From Chrysomallon squamiferum (lineage: Eukaryota; Animalia; Mollusca), in assembly GCA_012295275.1 (NCBI GenBank), contig CM022665.1, positions 30,504,001 through 30,568,000 on the forward strand: a stretch of DNA of 64,000 nt, written 5' to 3'. This document shows positions 29,026-42,100 of the stretch, one piece after another (position 1 is the first letter of the stretch; every line of letters begins with the position of its first letter). The translations under genes were made by a program, and so were the position numbers. Below the pieces are notes generated by a model. That model saw only the letters and a list, made by a program, of their open reading frames with translations, did not search any database and had not been told where the DNA came from.

Positions 29026-29369
29026 CTGGAAAACCAATTTGCAGATATATATATATATATATAAAATGTATTTTATTCTAATTAAAATATTTGACACAAT
29101 AAACAAATAAAATAAACTGAAAATAATATTAATAATGATTATAATAACTGTCATTAATATATGATACAAAGGTTCTATACATTCAAACAACGTTTTTTTT
29201 AAAAATTTTATTGGGTTTTTTTAAAGAAAAAAATAGAAAGAATGATAAAATAAAGATAAATAATTTGATTAATAAGACAATTATAATTCTCTAAGGCTAA
29301 TATTAAAAGATAAGTAAAATAAAGTAAAATAAAATAAAACAAACATTAACAAAAACTGTAAGGTACATG

Positions 29370-29415
<46 letters not shown>

Positions 29416-29523
29416 AATTGGATGAGCAACAAATTATTTTAAAGATTATATGAAAACGATATATTGCAATAATATTATACCTTTGCAATATATGGTATAT
29501 AGGCAATAGAATATTTAATTTGC

Positions 29524-29524
<1 letters not shown>

Positions 29525-29572
<48 letters not shown>
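29525..29572. repeat. (TG)n microsatellite
   Basis: Perfect dinucleotide run. Confidence 0.95.
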
Positions 29573-29574
<2 letters not shown>

Positions 29575-29575
<1 letters not shown>

Positions 29576-30240
29576 ACCATCGATTTCACGGATTTCGTTT
29601 TCCCGGGTTTTGGGAAATCCTGACCAAATTTGCAAAAATCACAACATTTGAACTTACCGCCATTTCCCACTTGAAACCTTATCTCAAGGTACTATTAAGT
29701 CCCACTATACAATCACGACAGTCATCTCTCAATCCACTTTGCATCAAGGTAACCATAACCATCCTAACCCAGCCTACTCTACATTTTATCAGTGTATATT
29801 TTTCTGTACGTATACTGTGTGACCTTTGTCTACATTGTTTTTATTAGATATTGTTCTTATATTATTATATTACTGTATTATATAGCCGTTATGCATACTA
29901 AAATTTAATGTTTCGGTAAATGTTAGAGATAATGTTTACATTCGCGATTTGACAGACTTGCATTTTCCGGAGTTGTGCTCCCCACAACTAATCCGTAAAA
30001 TCGAGGGTCAACAGTAAATATATACGCGTGTGTGTGTGAAAATAAGAAAGAAAGAAAGAAAGGTAATACAAAGAATTAGGTTATATCTCATAGAATATTG
30101 ATTATAAATAATAAAATCGAACTTACTTTTCATTATATTTGACATAATTATTTGCAACTGTATTTCTTTGATAGCTCGTTTTGGAATGAGTCGATGCTTG
30201 GCTAACGTATTTAGATGTCCTGACGTCATACAAACGATTT
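29575..30240 (-). promoter_or_regulatory. CpG-retaining promoter and first-exon region of the coiled-coil gene
   Basis: Local CpG enrichment, TTCCGG (ETS-like) near 29965, a palindromic CRE TGACGTCA at 30221-30228, and a strong donor at 29657. Confidence 0.45.
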
Positions 30241-30847
30241 AATTTAAGACAAACAGTTAATAATAATAAGCCGAACAAAAAAAAAAAAAAAAACAGCGAA
30301 GGGGCAGGGAAAAAATTAAAAAATTATAATAATAATAAAAATAAAATTAATAATAATAAAAAAAGGTTTCATTTCATATAAATTAATCCATTCTGTAGAA
30401 TTATTAGTCTTCTGCAGTTAATACAGTCATTTATCCGACAAGACTGGATTAAAAAAAATAAATAAAAAAAAATAAAAAAAATAATAATAATAAATTAAAC
30501 TGTATTCAACAGATACACTTTAATACACTTCTAAAGCAGGGTTTATCTGATCTTTATTAATTGACGTAAAGTTCTCAAAATACTTCTATAGAATACGCTT
30601 TCCACTAGCTTTTTGCGTTTCTTAGTTTTTTTAGTCACGATTAAAAAACCTAACAACAACAACCCTTCCCAAATAACAAAAACAACAACACCCCCCACAC
30701 ACACACACACTTATTGTGATAGGTTAACTTGAATTGGCAAATCAGAAACTAAAACAAAGCACATTTAATTCAAAAGTATCCAGTTTTAAATATAGGCAGT
30801 TTTCAGGATTTTCTGGATTTCTGGAAGCTGGATAAATGGTTCGATAC

Positions 30848-31097
30848 CAGTGGCTGCAGAGGTGGGGGGAGGCGAAGGGGCGGTGAACTCTAACATCCAA
30901 ACGGGGGGCATCCAATCAGAGAAAAGAACTTAATAAATTTGGTTGATTTATATTTAAATCGAATAAAGTGTTTATGTTATGTTCAAAATATCTTCCTTTC
31001 TCATAATATTACTCAGTACTTGGCCTTATATTTGAGTCTTTGGGGCATATAATCAGGGAGTCGGACACAGGCATCACCAGTCCACTGCACGCCATTG
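30848..31097. mobile_element. hAT-type MITE, 250 bp, with an 8-bp target-site duplication
   Basis: Ends cagtggctgca and tgcacgccattg. The flanks ttcgatac (30840-30847) and ttcggtac (31098-31105) form an 8-bp TSD with one mismatch. G-rich subterminal tracts are present. Confidence 0.75.
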
Positions 31098-33146
31098 TTC
31101 GGTACCAGTAATGCTTTTTCAGAGATCTTTAACACATATTTCCCTCCAAAACAAATCTAGGATCCAGAACTGTCACTGTGTGAGTTTTCATTGGTGCAAA
31201 GCTTTTGTTAAAACAAAAACAACAACAAATAAAAAAAAAAAAAAAAAAAAATGAACAAACAACAATAACAACAGCAAGAACAAATATTCATTGCTGAACT
31301 TCAAGAAAAATATGTTATTATCCTCAAGGGTCAAGATATTATGGGTAAAGAGTATTCAGTGACATGTTAACAGTAGGGTGATGTCTGTTTCTGGAATCAC
31401 TGATGCACAGGCTTACTTCAGATTGAGGCAACAAGTTTATCAAATGCTTTCCTGCCTCTAGGAAGGTGTATAGAAAATTTCCATAGCAGATAATCTGTCA
31501 TCTGCATAGACAGATACCACAGATTACAACTGACTGTTTAATCTTTATTAATTCACTTAAAATTCTTAAAACACTTCTACAGAATACACTTTTCACTAGC
31601 AAGTTGTGTTTCTATCAGGGTATCCTTAAATGAAACAGTTGTTCCTTGCTTTCAGACCTAAACAATGCTATCAAATGCCAAGGTGAATTTTATTTGGTCT
31701 GTCTGTTTACAGTTTTTTGTTTCATATAATAAAAGATGGCATCCTAAACCTACTGCCAAATTATTTCATAAACAATTTTTAAATATGTAAATATACAACA
31801 TAAGTCTGAAAACTATTTTCACAATTTATTTATCCAAGTTAATCATGAATGGATTAGAAACATGGAATCCTGTATCCATCTTTTCAGTTTAAATATTTTT
31901 TACAAAGCAGTTAATCTCATTCTGTATAAATATATTAATATTTACACACACATACATGTTCAGATAAATATACTGCCAGTACTACACATTTATTTATTTG
32001 AAATTAAAATAAAATAACAGTAATGAACTGATCACTGTGGTCTTGAAATGAAGATAGTTAATATACATTATACATAATAATACATTTTGTTTCTTTATTT
32101 TGTCAGGAAAATAATACATTGTTTCACCATTATTTGCAATGTGAATGCATTTTATTAAACCTTTTTTTTTCTTTTTTTTCTTGTTTTAAAATAGCAAAAA
32201 TGCGCTATACATACAGGAACGTGCATTTATAAACTCTCACTCAATAAGGATTATTTTTCCATACACAACATATACATAAACCACATTTGCTATATCATAT
32301 GTTTAATGAGATAAGTAACACAAAAATGCAATTATCTTGTGAAAGCACTGAAATTTAAAATTTAGTTTTGTGCATTAATATCGGACAAAATACACTAAAC
32401 AAAAATGTTAGTAATCATGATGTATTTTAAATTGAAATGACAATCCTCTTCATATAGATATATAAAAAGTGTTTTGTTGGTGTGGGAAATTATTATAGTC
32501 TGTTGTGAAATTGATATTTTTGTGATGCCACACACTGACTCCAGTGATCTGCACCCATCAAAAGAATTGTTAGTACAGGTTGTACCTCTTTAATTCAGCA
32601 ACCTTGGGACCTGGCCATTTCCAGATTACAGAAAATGCTGCATTACAGAAACTGACCAAAACCAATACATGTAACCTTATAAAGGTTATCAAGGTTTTAC
32701 AGGTGAAAGAGATCCTATGTAACCATAGGCTTAGTCCACACACATATTACTGTATTGTCAAAGGTATAAGCAATATTAAAAAGGGAAATCATACGACCAT
32801 TAATGCTTCCAGGCAAGGTTTTTATTGTTTCATGTAATATAAAACCAAAAACAGAACCTGTAGCACCAGTAGATCAGGTTATATCAGAAGTCAGCAGGGT
32901 CTTCATGACATCATGAAGGGTTAAAATACAGCAAAATATGTTAAATTAAGAATACTGGATCGGCAAATGCTTGTCTGAGTGTAAACAAACATTGGTGGTG
33001 GTGTGCTGTTAAGATCAAAAGTACTGGCTGCAAACCAGTGGCAGCAGATTCAAACATGCCAAAGTATGGAATGCTGAATTAAGAAAGTACAATCTGTAGT
33101 TATTTTCCACAATCCAAAAAGCACCACTGAAGTATATGTTACCTTA

Positions 33147-36100
33147 TTAGAGTAAAATAATTTCTGGTGTGATCACAATATGTTCTTTGTAGGCAGATGT
33201 TCTGTCACACTTATCTCTGGCAACAACAGTAAGGTATATATTGATATCTTTATTGGGTGACAGTGGCAATTTCAAAATTTCATCTGTGTTCTTAGTGAGT
33301 TTCTTATCTAGGATATCAGCTCCTCCCAGTACAGATCCCAGTGACACTTCATACACTAGATCAGGCCATGATGATGTCACAGCATCTGTCCATGACAACG
33401 TGATCTTTCTGTCAGACATCTTTGTCACATTTATTTTAAATGAATCTGAAATTAAATATATAGATTTTGATAATTTTATATATATTGTTAGCAACAGTCA
33501 AACTGTGACCAAACAGTCATCTAAAGAAGCATAAAAAGTGGTCTTGTAAGATGGTAATGCATAATACAGGTCAGATTATACTGTATTAGATAATTTAGGT
33601 GAATAAAAATTTGGTCTTTTAACACAAGTGGCTATTTAATGGATATGACCAACAGAGCAGGTTTCAGGTACTTTCATAAAATGATATATTGATAACTTAT
33701 TCAGATTATATTAAAACTGACTAAAAGTGAAAGAAAATATATAGGTTAAAATCACTTAAAAGTAAAAGTTTAGTCTAATAATAACAAAATTAAATTTGTC
33801 AAATTTGAAAATGAGAAAAGAATGTATACAGAGATGCCTACAGATGATTGAAAAAAATCTATATTATCACCTATCCATAATGGTGGTTCTCCAGGCATTT
33901 CGAATGTTCCTGATACTTTTTCACCTTCCTTATCCAACACATCTACTGGAGTCAGGCTGTATTTGTACTCACCACTCTTCTTTAGTTTGAGATTTTGCAG
34001 GCTGGTGTGGTCAAAAGTCAGATATGAAGGAATTAGGTACTGCTTTGTGTTAGATGAGTCTTCCAAGGTTATCTGTGAAAGGTGGAAAAAAAAAAAGACG
34101 AAAAAATAAGAATCCCTAATTACTACATCAAATTTACAAATGATGATACCAACGAACAGGTTAAATTTTTATACATTCACAAATCATTTTATTTGTTTCT
34201 AATTATTATTTTAAAAATTTCACTTTCTAAAAATCTACAATGAATATAAACTATTTTTAAAACGTATATTGTCTGCATATTATTCCTATTGTATCTATTT
34301 TACTTTTATTTGTGAAAAGAATAATTATTAAAGCAGAATATTAAGAACTCATTTCTTATTCAGTTATTGGAATTCCAATGTTATCACCTAATAATGCATA
34401 ATCAGAACTGATGAAAATAAATATATCTTGTTTTAGATCAGTATATATATATATATATAAAATGGATTATCTCTCATACAACCTCATAATGTATTATCTT
34501 TATATTTTATGTATGTAATAACTGCTTGAATAAGAAAAATGTGTAGGGTTACCTTTAAATTCTTTATGTCCACCAAGGCAGCATCATTTTGCCACCTGAT
34601 CCTGAGTGAATTGTTTTGAGTGTGACAGACTGAGCCAGCAGGCAGCACAGTGAGACTGTTACTTGACACAGTGTTAGACAGACCTTTACCAATCAGCTTC
34701 ACCCCGTCACTGGTAGCCTGGGCTGGCAGTCCTGCCTTGTTGTGACACCTCACAGTGCTGTACACCATCAGAAACACGTCCACACTGGACAAATCAAAAT
34801 CATGATGATTACTGTCACCATCAACCTTGACAAATGATTTGAGGTCAGATGAGCCAGATATAGATCCTGTGTGGTATGAATAAGTAAATGCTTGTTATTC
34901 GTCATATTACAAAAAAATACTTTTAAACCAAAATGTTAAGTTAAGGCTACAATATATAAATGACTGCTGTATTATAAAATAATTACTTTTAAGCTTATAA
35001 ATAAAAAAATAAATAAAGGATAAAAAAAAAGATAAGAAATCAGTCTTAATATGTATTAAAATACTGTCTACAGGTTTTAATAAATAAATTTAATTTATAA
35101 CATATATAAAATTACATTAAGTATAAATTGAAAAAAATTAGCACAGACTAGCACAGAAAATATTTTCACTTGATACTTTAGATGTAATAAAATGTAAATA
35201 TATAAATGTTAATTTTCGATATTTTTTTGAAAGATATAAACTATTATCACCAATGATAAGGAGAAATTTGTTAAAATGTGTCACCTATTGCCCATTCACA
35301 GTAGTCCACTCCAGATTCTTCATCTATAACTTTGTAACTGACAAACAGACGTGTGGATCTCTGGAAATCTTCATCAGTTTCTGTAGAAAAATACAATAGT
35401 AATAATCACAGTATCAGGAAACACTTAGACATCTCTATTAAAATTATTAAATTGACCTGAAACTCTAACAAGTCTCTATGTAAACTATCACAATCTCCTG
35501 AAAATCTGAGATATTTCTATTAAAATGATCATATTACTGAAACATGCCATCATATCTTACAAATTGAGACACCTCATTAATATCTTTCTTACAAACCTTG
35601 TCCATCGATGACATCAGTAATTACAGGTGGTGTCATGTCAACTTTGATGCCACCAGATGTTGTCACACTGCTCAGTCCTGCAGCATTGGTGGCGACCACA
35701 GTGATGTAGATGTCTGTGTTGTGTGTCAACTTCAGTCCTGACGTAAAACCATGAGTCTGCTGTCCTACTCTTTGAAATCCTTTAACCTGAGTTCCACCAG
35801 GCACAGAACCTAAACAGTTATTTAATATAAATTGTTCCATTGTAAAGAAACAATAAATCTCCAAGAAAAACAAAACTATACAACATATAACATATTATCT
35901 TCTAATTTTGCAAATGAGCATATATGAAGAATTCATAATGAACCTTTATAATAGCTAAACACAAGTTATATAACATATAAAGCATCAGTGCACTGTATAA
36001 TAGGAAACAAACAGGTATATAATGTACAAGTATGATCATAAAGTTCTGTTATCAAAATCACAAAATTACAATTAATTACAAATATTGCAAATCACTCTAA

Positions 36101-39100
36101 TACGTTGTGTCCGAAAGTGTTTTCCACAAATCTGATAAATCAACATTATTCTGTTACTTGTTTAACTCACCTATTGCCCATTTGTAATCAGCGATAGGAG
36201 ACTGTTCATCTTGAAAATACCAGACAACATGAAGAGAAGTCCAGTGAGGCAGAAACAGACTTGTTACTGAGATGTTCTCATCTTGTGTTTTTGACTGTTT
36301 TATGTAATCCACTGAATTAAGTGAGACTGAATCCACAGCTAGTTCAGCTTCCTTTGAAGATGTTCCAAAAGATATTTTTGTGGAAGGATGTTTTGCAGTG
36401 AAGGTGTATGTAAACTTGTGCCAGAGAATTGTTTTTTGTTCTCCAACATCACAAAGACCTTTACAAAGATGTGGATCCAAATCAAAATAAATTTTGTCAT
36501 CTCCAAACTGGATGTAACCCTCGGTTGTTGTGTGTTTGTCTGAAATGTTGTGTGGGTATCCAAAGTGAACTGTCAGTTTGTACAGTTTGTCTTGTACAGT
36601 TGAAACTGTCTGCCAGATGTTGCCACTGACAACCACGTGACTCTTTCCATGATGAGCAACTGATGATGTTTCTGAGACAAACTGCACACAGGAATCAGTC
36701 TGCCATGATGCTGGGACATTGCTGTTACAGTTTCCAGTCTGACTGTAACTTTCAAAAGATGGATTATTAAACAGATTATCTCCCAAGTAAGCCACACTGA
36801 CAGACTGGGGTGGGGTGGAGTCAACCGTTACACCATCAGACACACTGACAGATGACTTGTGTCCAAAAACATCAAATGAAAATACTTTGTGGAATATTTT
36901 CTTTCCTTAAAATAAAAAAGATAAAACATCTTTAGGTAAAATATAAAGTAATTTATTTATTTAAAAATTTAACTGAAAGTCTATAATGAAATATATGTCT
37001 GTAAATTTACTGTAGTTAATTCACTGTTTTGGTATTTACACCGAGATAAATGAAACAGAAATATTAACACATTTAAACAATTAACATATGAAAAAGAAGT
37101 TAAATTTCAGAATTACATGATTATTAACTTTTATGTTTATTCTGGGAAAAACCAAACAAACCATTGGACATAGCTGTCTGTAATGTCTTGGTGGTACTCG
37201 TGTGCAGTCCAACATTGACTGGTTTATGGATGGTACACTCAGTGGTTGCCATGGTATCACCAACACACCAAGTGTAGCTGACAATACCATATCCAGTGTC
37301 AGAGAATCCATGCCACGAAGCTGACAGATCTTTAGGATCAGACTGAAAATCTGCATCATCAAGACCTGTAATTTAAATTAAAACAAAATGTGAAGTTAAA
37401 ATTTGAAAAATGTTCTTAACCAGTATATCTTCAAGTTTAGCTTTGGGTTGAAATTTTTCATTATAACATTCTATCTTTTTCACTCCAATCATCAGCAGTT
37501 TTGTGTAAAAAAGAAATGTAGATATGGAATCTCTTGTCTATTTTTTATTTGATATTTTACCTCTTCCATCATTGACAATGCCTGAAAATGGTGGTGTTTT
37601 GTCCACAAAGAAGCCATCAGAAGAGTCCCAGGTCAGGAGACCAGCCATGTTGTATGCTAAAACATTGGAGTAATAAATCTGTTCTGACTTGAGAGAAATT
37701 CCTGTCACTTTGTACCAAGCAGAGTCAGTTGTCGATGCACTGTGACGTTCGTGAACACTGTGACCTACAAGACATAACAAAATATTTTCTTTTTCTCAAA
37801 TATTTTACTAGCTGTGTTTAAAACACCAAATATTTCTCTGGTATGACTAAAATATTTCTTTAGCTCTTTAATAAAACTTCAGAAATGTCTCCATATCTAA
37901 ATCATAACCATATTTCTGTAGTTCAAACTAAAATCTCAAAATATCTCTCAAGCTGTGTATAAAAATCCAAATGTTCCTCAAGCAGTGTCTAAAATTTCAC
38001 AAGATTTTTCTGTGTTAAAAATACCAAAATATCAAAATAATGGATCATCACTTTTCTGTTTCACTGCAAGAAATTTTCTACTTGGTGTTTCCTGAAATTC
38101 ATTTATGTTAAAAAAATAATAAATATTAACATTAACAAAACCATTTACCTCCAGGGTATGCACTCATACAGATGTAATTATATTTAAAAAATAACAAATT
38201 TTAAATTAACAAAAACACTTACCTCCTGGGTAAGTGCTGATACAAATGTGATTATATTCAAAAAATAATAAATTTAACATTAACAAAAACATTTACCTCC
38301 AGGGTATGCACTCATACAGATGTAATATTATTAAAAAAATAACAAATTTAACATTAACAAAAACATTTACCTCCTGGGTAAGTGCTGATATACACTCCAT
38401 ACTTTGTGAGACCAAACAAACCAGGTTTAAAATTGTCTTTCCAGCTCACATAAACTTCTTGGTTGTTATTTATGAAATCTGTGTCTTTCATCTGCCCATT
38501 ACTTGAATGTTCTTTAACCTAAAAAATATAATATATTATTTTATTAAAACAGATTTAATATTATTAACAATGAATGAAATTTAAATTTTATATTTCATAA
38601 AGTTATAATGCTTTTTATTTTTACATATAAGTTTTTTTAATTCTATAATTTTAATGATTTATGGAAAAGCTTTTTAAAAATATTTCTGTTCTTATTATTT
38701 TAAAATAATAAATTTAAATAAATAAGTTTCTTTCTTTCTAAAACAGATACATTGTGTTTCTCACTTCAAACACAAAGTAGAAGACATTGTTAAAACAGTA
38801 AACTTACTGCTCTGCCAACTTGGTTTGATATTCCCACTGCTTTGACAATCACAGCTACTCCATCTGACTTGAAAACATCAAACACTTGAGAACTGTACCA
38901 TGCACGAACAAAGACGGAATATTTGATATTTTCACTCAGCTGTTTATCTAAATAATAGAAAAACAAATAAAATGTTTAAATAACTATAAATTAATAATAA
39001 TCATGTTTTACATAAGGAAAATTCAAGACCTTTCAGTTTACATCAAAAACCTTAATATAATTTCTCTCGAAATAAATGATATTCAACTATTTAAGAAATA

Positions 39101-42100
39101 TAAATTATAAAAAAAATATATTTATATTATAAAATTGAAAAAAGAAAAATGCAAAGAAGTATTCTTAAATGAATAATTTTATTTCCATTATTACAATAAT
39201 GGCATATAGGCCTATTTTTTATTTTTATTTTAGTAGCACTTTTTCACTGGTAAAAAGATAAAAACAACCAAACATCAGATTTTGAAGATGAGTTTTGATG
39301 CAGTAAAGATGAGAATCTTCTTTTTGTTATCAACATCACTAAATAATGAAGAAAACTAAACTTCAGTCTGTTATCAATGTCACTAAATAATGAAGAAAAC
39401 TAAACTTCTGTCTGTTATCAACGCCACTAAATAATGAAGAAAACTAAACTTTCGTCTATTATCAACATCACTAAATAATGAAGAAAACTAAACTTCAGTC
39501 TGTTATCAACGTCACTAAATAATGAAGAAAATTAAACTTCAGTCTGTTATCAACGTCACTAAATAATGAAAAGATGTGAAAGTTTTGTTTGTTATCAATA
39601 TCACTAAATAATAAAGAAAATTAAACCTCTTGGTATTGTGATCACTGCTGATGTGGCCAATCCAACATGAAACCAGATCTGATCTCTCTGCTGATTGTAA
39701 ACACCTTCTGGTAAATCTTTGTCACTGTAACCAACACTTACTTCATACCTGAGAAAACAACAATTAAATATGTAACTGTTTCCGTCATCTTGTTAACTTA
39801 ACAAATATGTTGTTTAAAAAAAAACTCACAGAATACAAGCAAGTAATAATATATCTATTTTGGCAGTGATTATAAAACAAAAATGGCTGACATTCACTGA
39901 AAAACTCAATTTTTTTTTATGTGAAATTATAAATAAAAATTCTATTATTTTACCAGTTTAAAGTATTTCATCACTGATACTTTTTGCTCTGTAAAGCTAA
40001 AATCAGAAGTAAATGAATTATTTTTCTTGATTCAAATGGTTTCACAATTTTATCACAGTCTACTTTACCACAAAAATAAAATAAAAAATATAATGCACCT
40101 TTTCACTGGTCCACCTTTCTGTATTTGCCATGTTGCTGCTACATGAGAACTGCTGGATGTGAACTGTTCATCTTTATCTTCTGTTTTAAAATGGAGATCA
40201 GTTACATCCTTGACAAGTATTTCTGTGCTTCCATCACCTGAAATTTATATTATTAATATTACATTATAAAATTCTATCTTTTATCTTTAAGTAATAAAGA
40301 CAATTGTTTTGGATCAGAATGTCTGCAAATTAGACCATTTTATCAAGTTTACCAAATCAAATCATCTGTGCTAATCAAAACACTGGTCCTGTTACCATGT
40401 ATACCAAATCAAAATTCTGGTCTATATTAGTGGTGCTTAATTAAGTTAATATTTTATTTTTCATGGCATTTCAAATAATTTTTAAGATCTGAGCCTTTTG
40501 GTTGAATTTTATAATTGTTAAATTATGTAGTGTAGTTACATGCATTAGAGTTACAGACATACAGTTTTTACCATCACCATACATTTTTGTACTGTCACTA
40601 TGAGGCACTACTATCACTGGTCTGTAAGATAAATAAGTAAGCCAGAGGCTATAGAAGGAAATAACATGAGATACGTTGTGAGGAAGACTGATTCTCCAAA
40701 CAAACAAGCTCAGACTAATACTAAAATTACATACTTCTGATTATTGCAGAATGTTCTTTTATATCTGTGTTGCCAGTGAGTTCATATTAACAGAAAATAT
40801 AAATGTTTGTGCTATAATTATGTAAATAAGGGTATCCTACCACTGGAACATTTCCTGGCAATGTCACAAGTTTTGTCCTGACTGCCACACACACAGTGAC
40901 CCACACAACTGAATACTTTACAGCGTCTGACAAGTTCCAGTGATCCTCCATTTGCAAGTGTCACTTCACTGTGCAGAGCATTTGACTGCAAACCAACCTT
41001 AACATGAAATTGTTATTTTTGTTAAAGCCACATAAACATTTTCTCAAATATATGTAATATATATATATATATAAATATTAAGTGATCATAATATTTAATA
41101 TTAATAAAACAATATCAACAACAAAAATTAACATAAAAAAAATAAAAAACTAGATTAGGTATAGAAATATTGTATACAGATTACTGTAAGCAAAAAATAA
41201 TTCTTATGACAGCAGTTAACACAAAAAGATAAAAAAATGTATAATGAAACATTTATTAGGATGAGATAAGAAATGAAAAAAATATTATAATGAAACAGAT
41301 TACAGGTAAAAATTAAAACAAGTAAGACAAAAGATACATTTTATAATTATATATATTATTACAGATAAATATGGTAGTTATATATAGATTACAGGTAAGA
41401 GTTACGAATATATACAAATAAATAACTTTTATAATTACTTATAATTATATACAAGTTACATGTATAACAGTTATAATTATATACAGGTTACATCTATAAC
41501 AGTTATATACAGACTGATGTTACAAGTGCTAATTATATACAGGTTACATGTAAAAAAGTTATAAACAGATTATTGTTAAAATTATATACAGGCTACATAT
41601 ATAAGAGATATAACTATATAAGAATTAATGATTACATACAGATTCTGTTATATAATTCTATACAGGTTACATATATAAGAATTATATACAGATTAGTTGC
41701 ATTATAATTCTATACATATTACATGTATAAGAGTTATATACAAATCAGTTACATGTATAACACTTATATACATATTCTACATGTTATAATTATATACAGA
41801 TTACATGTATAAGAATTATATACAGATTAGTTACATGTTATAATTCTATGCAGGTTACATCTATAAGAGATATTTACAGATTAGTACCTTATTAACAGCC
41901 CAGACTGCAAGGAAAAGTGAGGATCTCGTACTGATGTTTTTAGTGAGGTACATGTTATAATTCTATGCAGGTTACATGTATAACAGTTATTTACAGATTA
42001 GTACCTTATTAACAGCCCAGACTGCAAGGAAAAGTGAAGATCTTGTACTGATGTTTTTAGTGAGGTACATGTTATAATTGCATACAGGTTACATCTATAA

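Noticed and set aside
40572-40621. Possible 50-nt cassette exon (cttacag|ACCAGTG...GATG|gtaaaa) in the giant gene
   Set aside because: In the required phase it reads D-Q-stop, and the flanking exons join in frame without it. A poison exon cannot be excluded but has no support.
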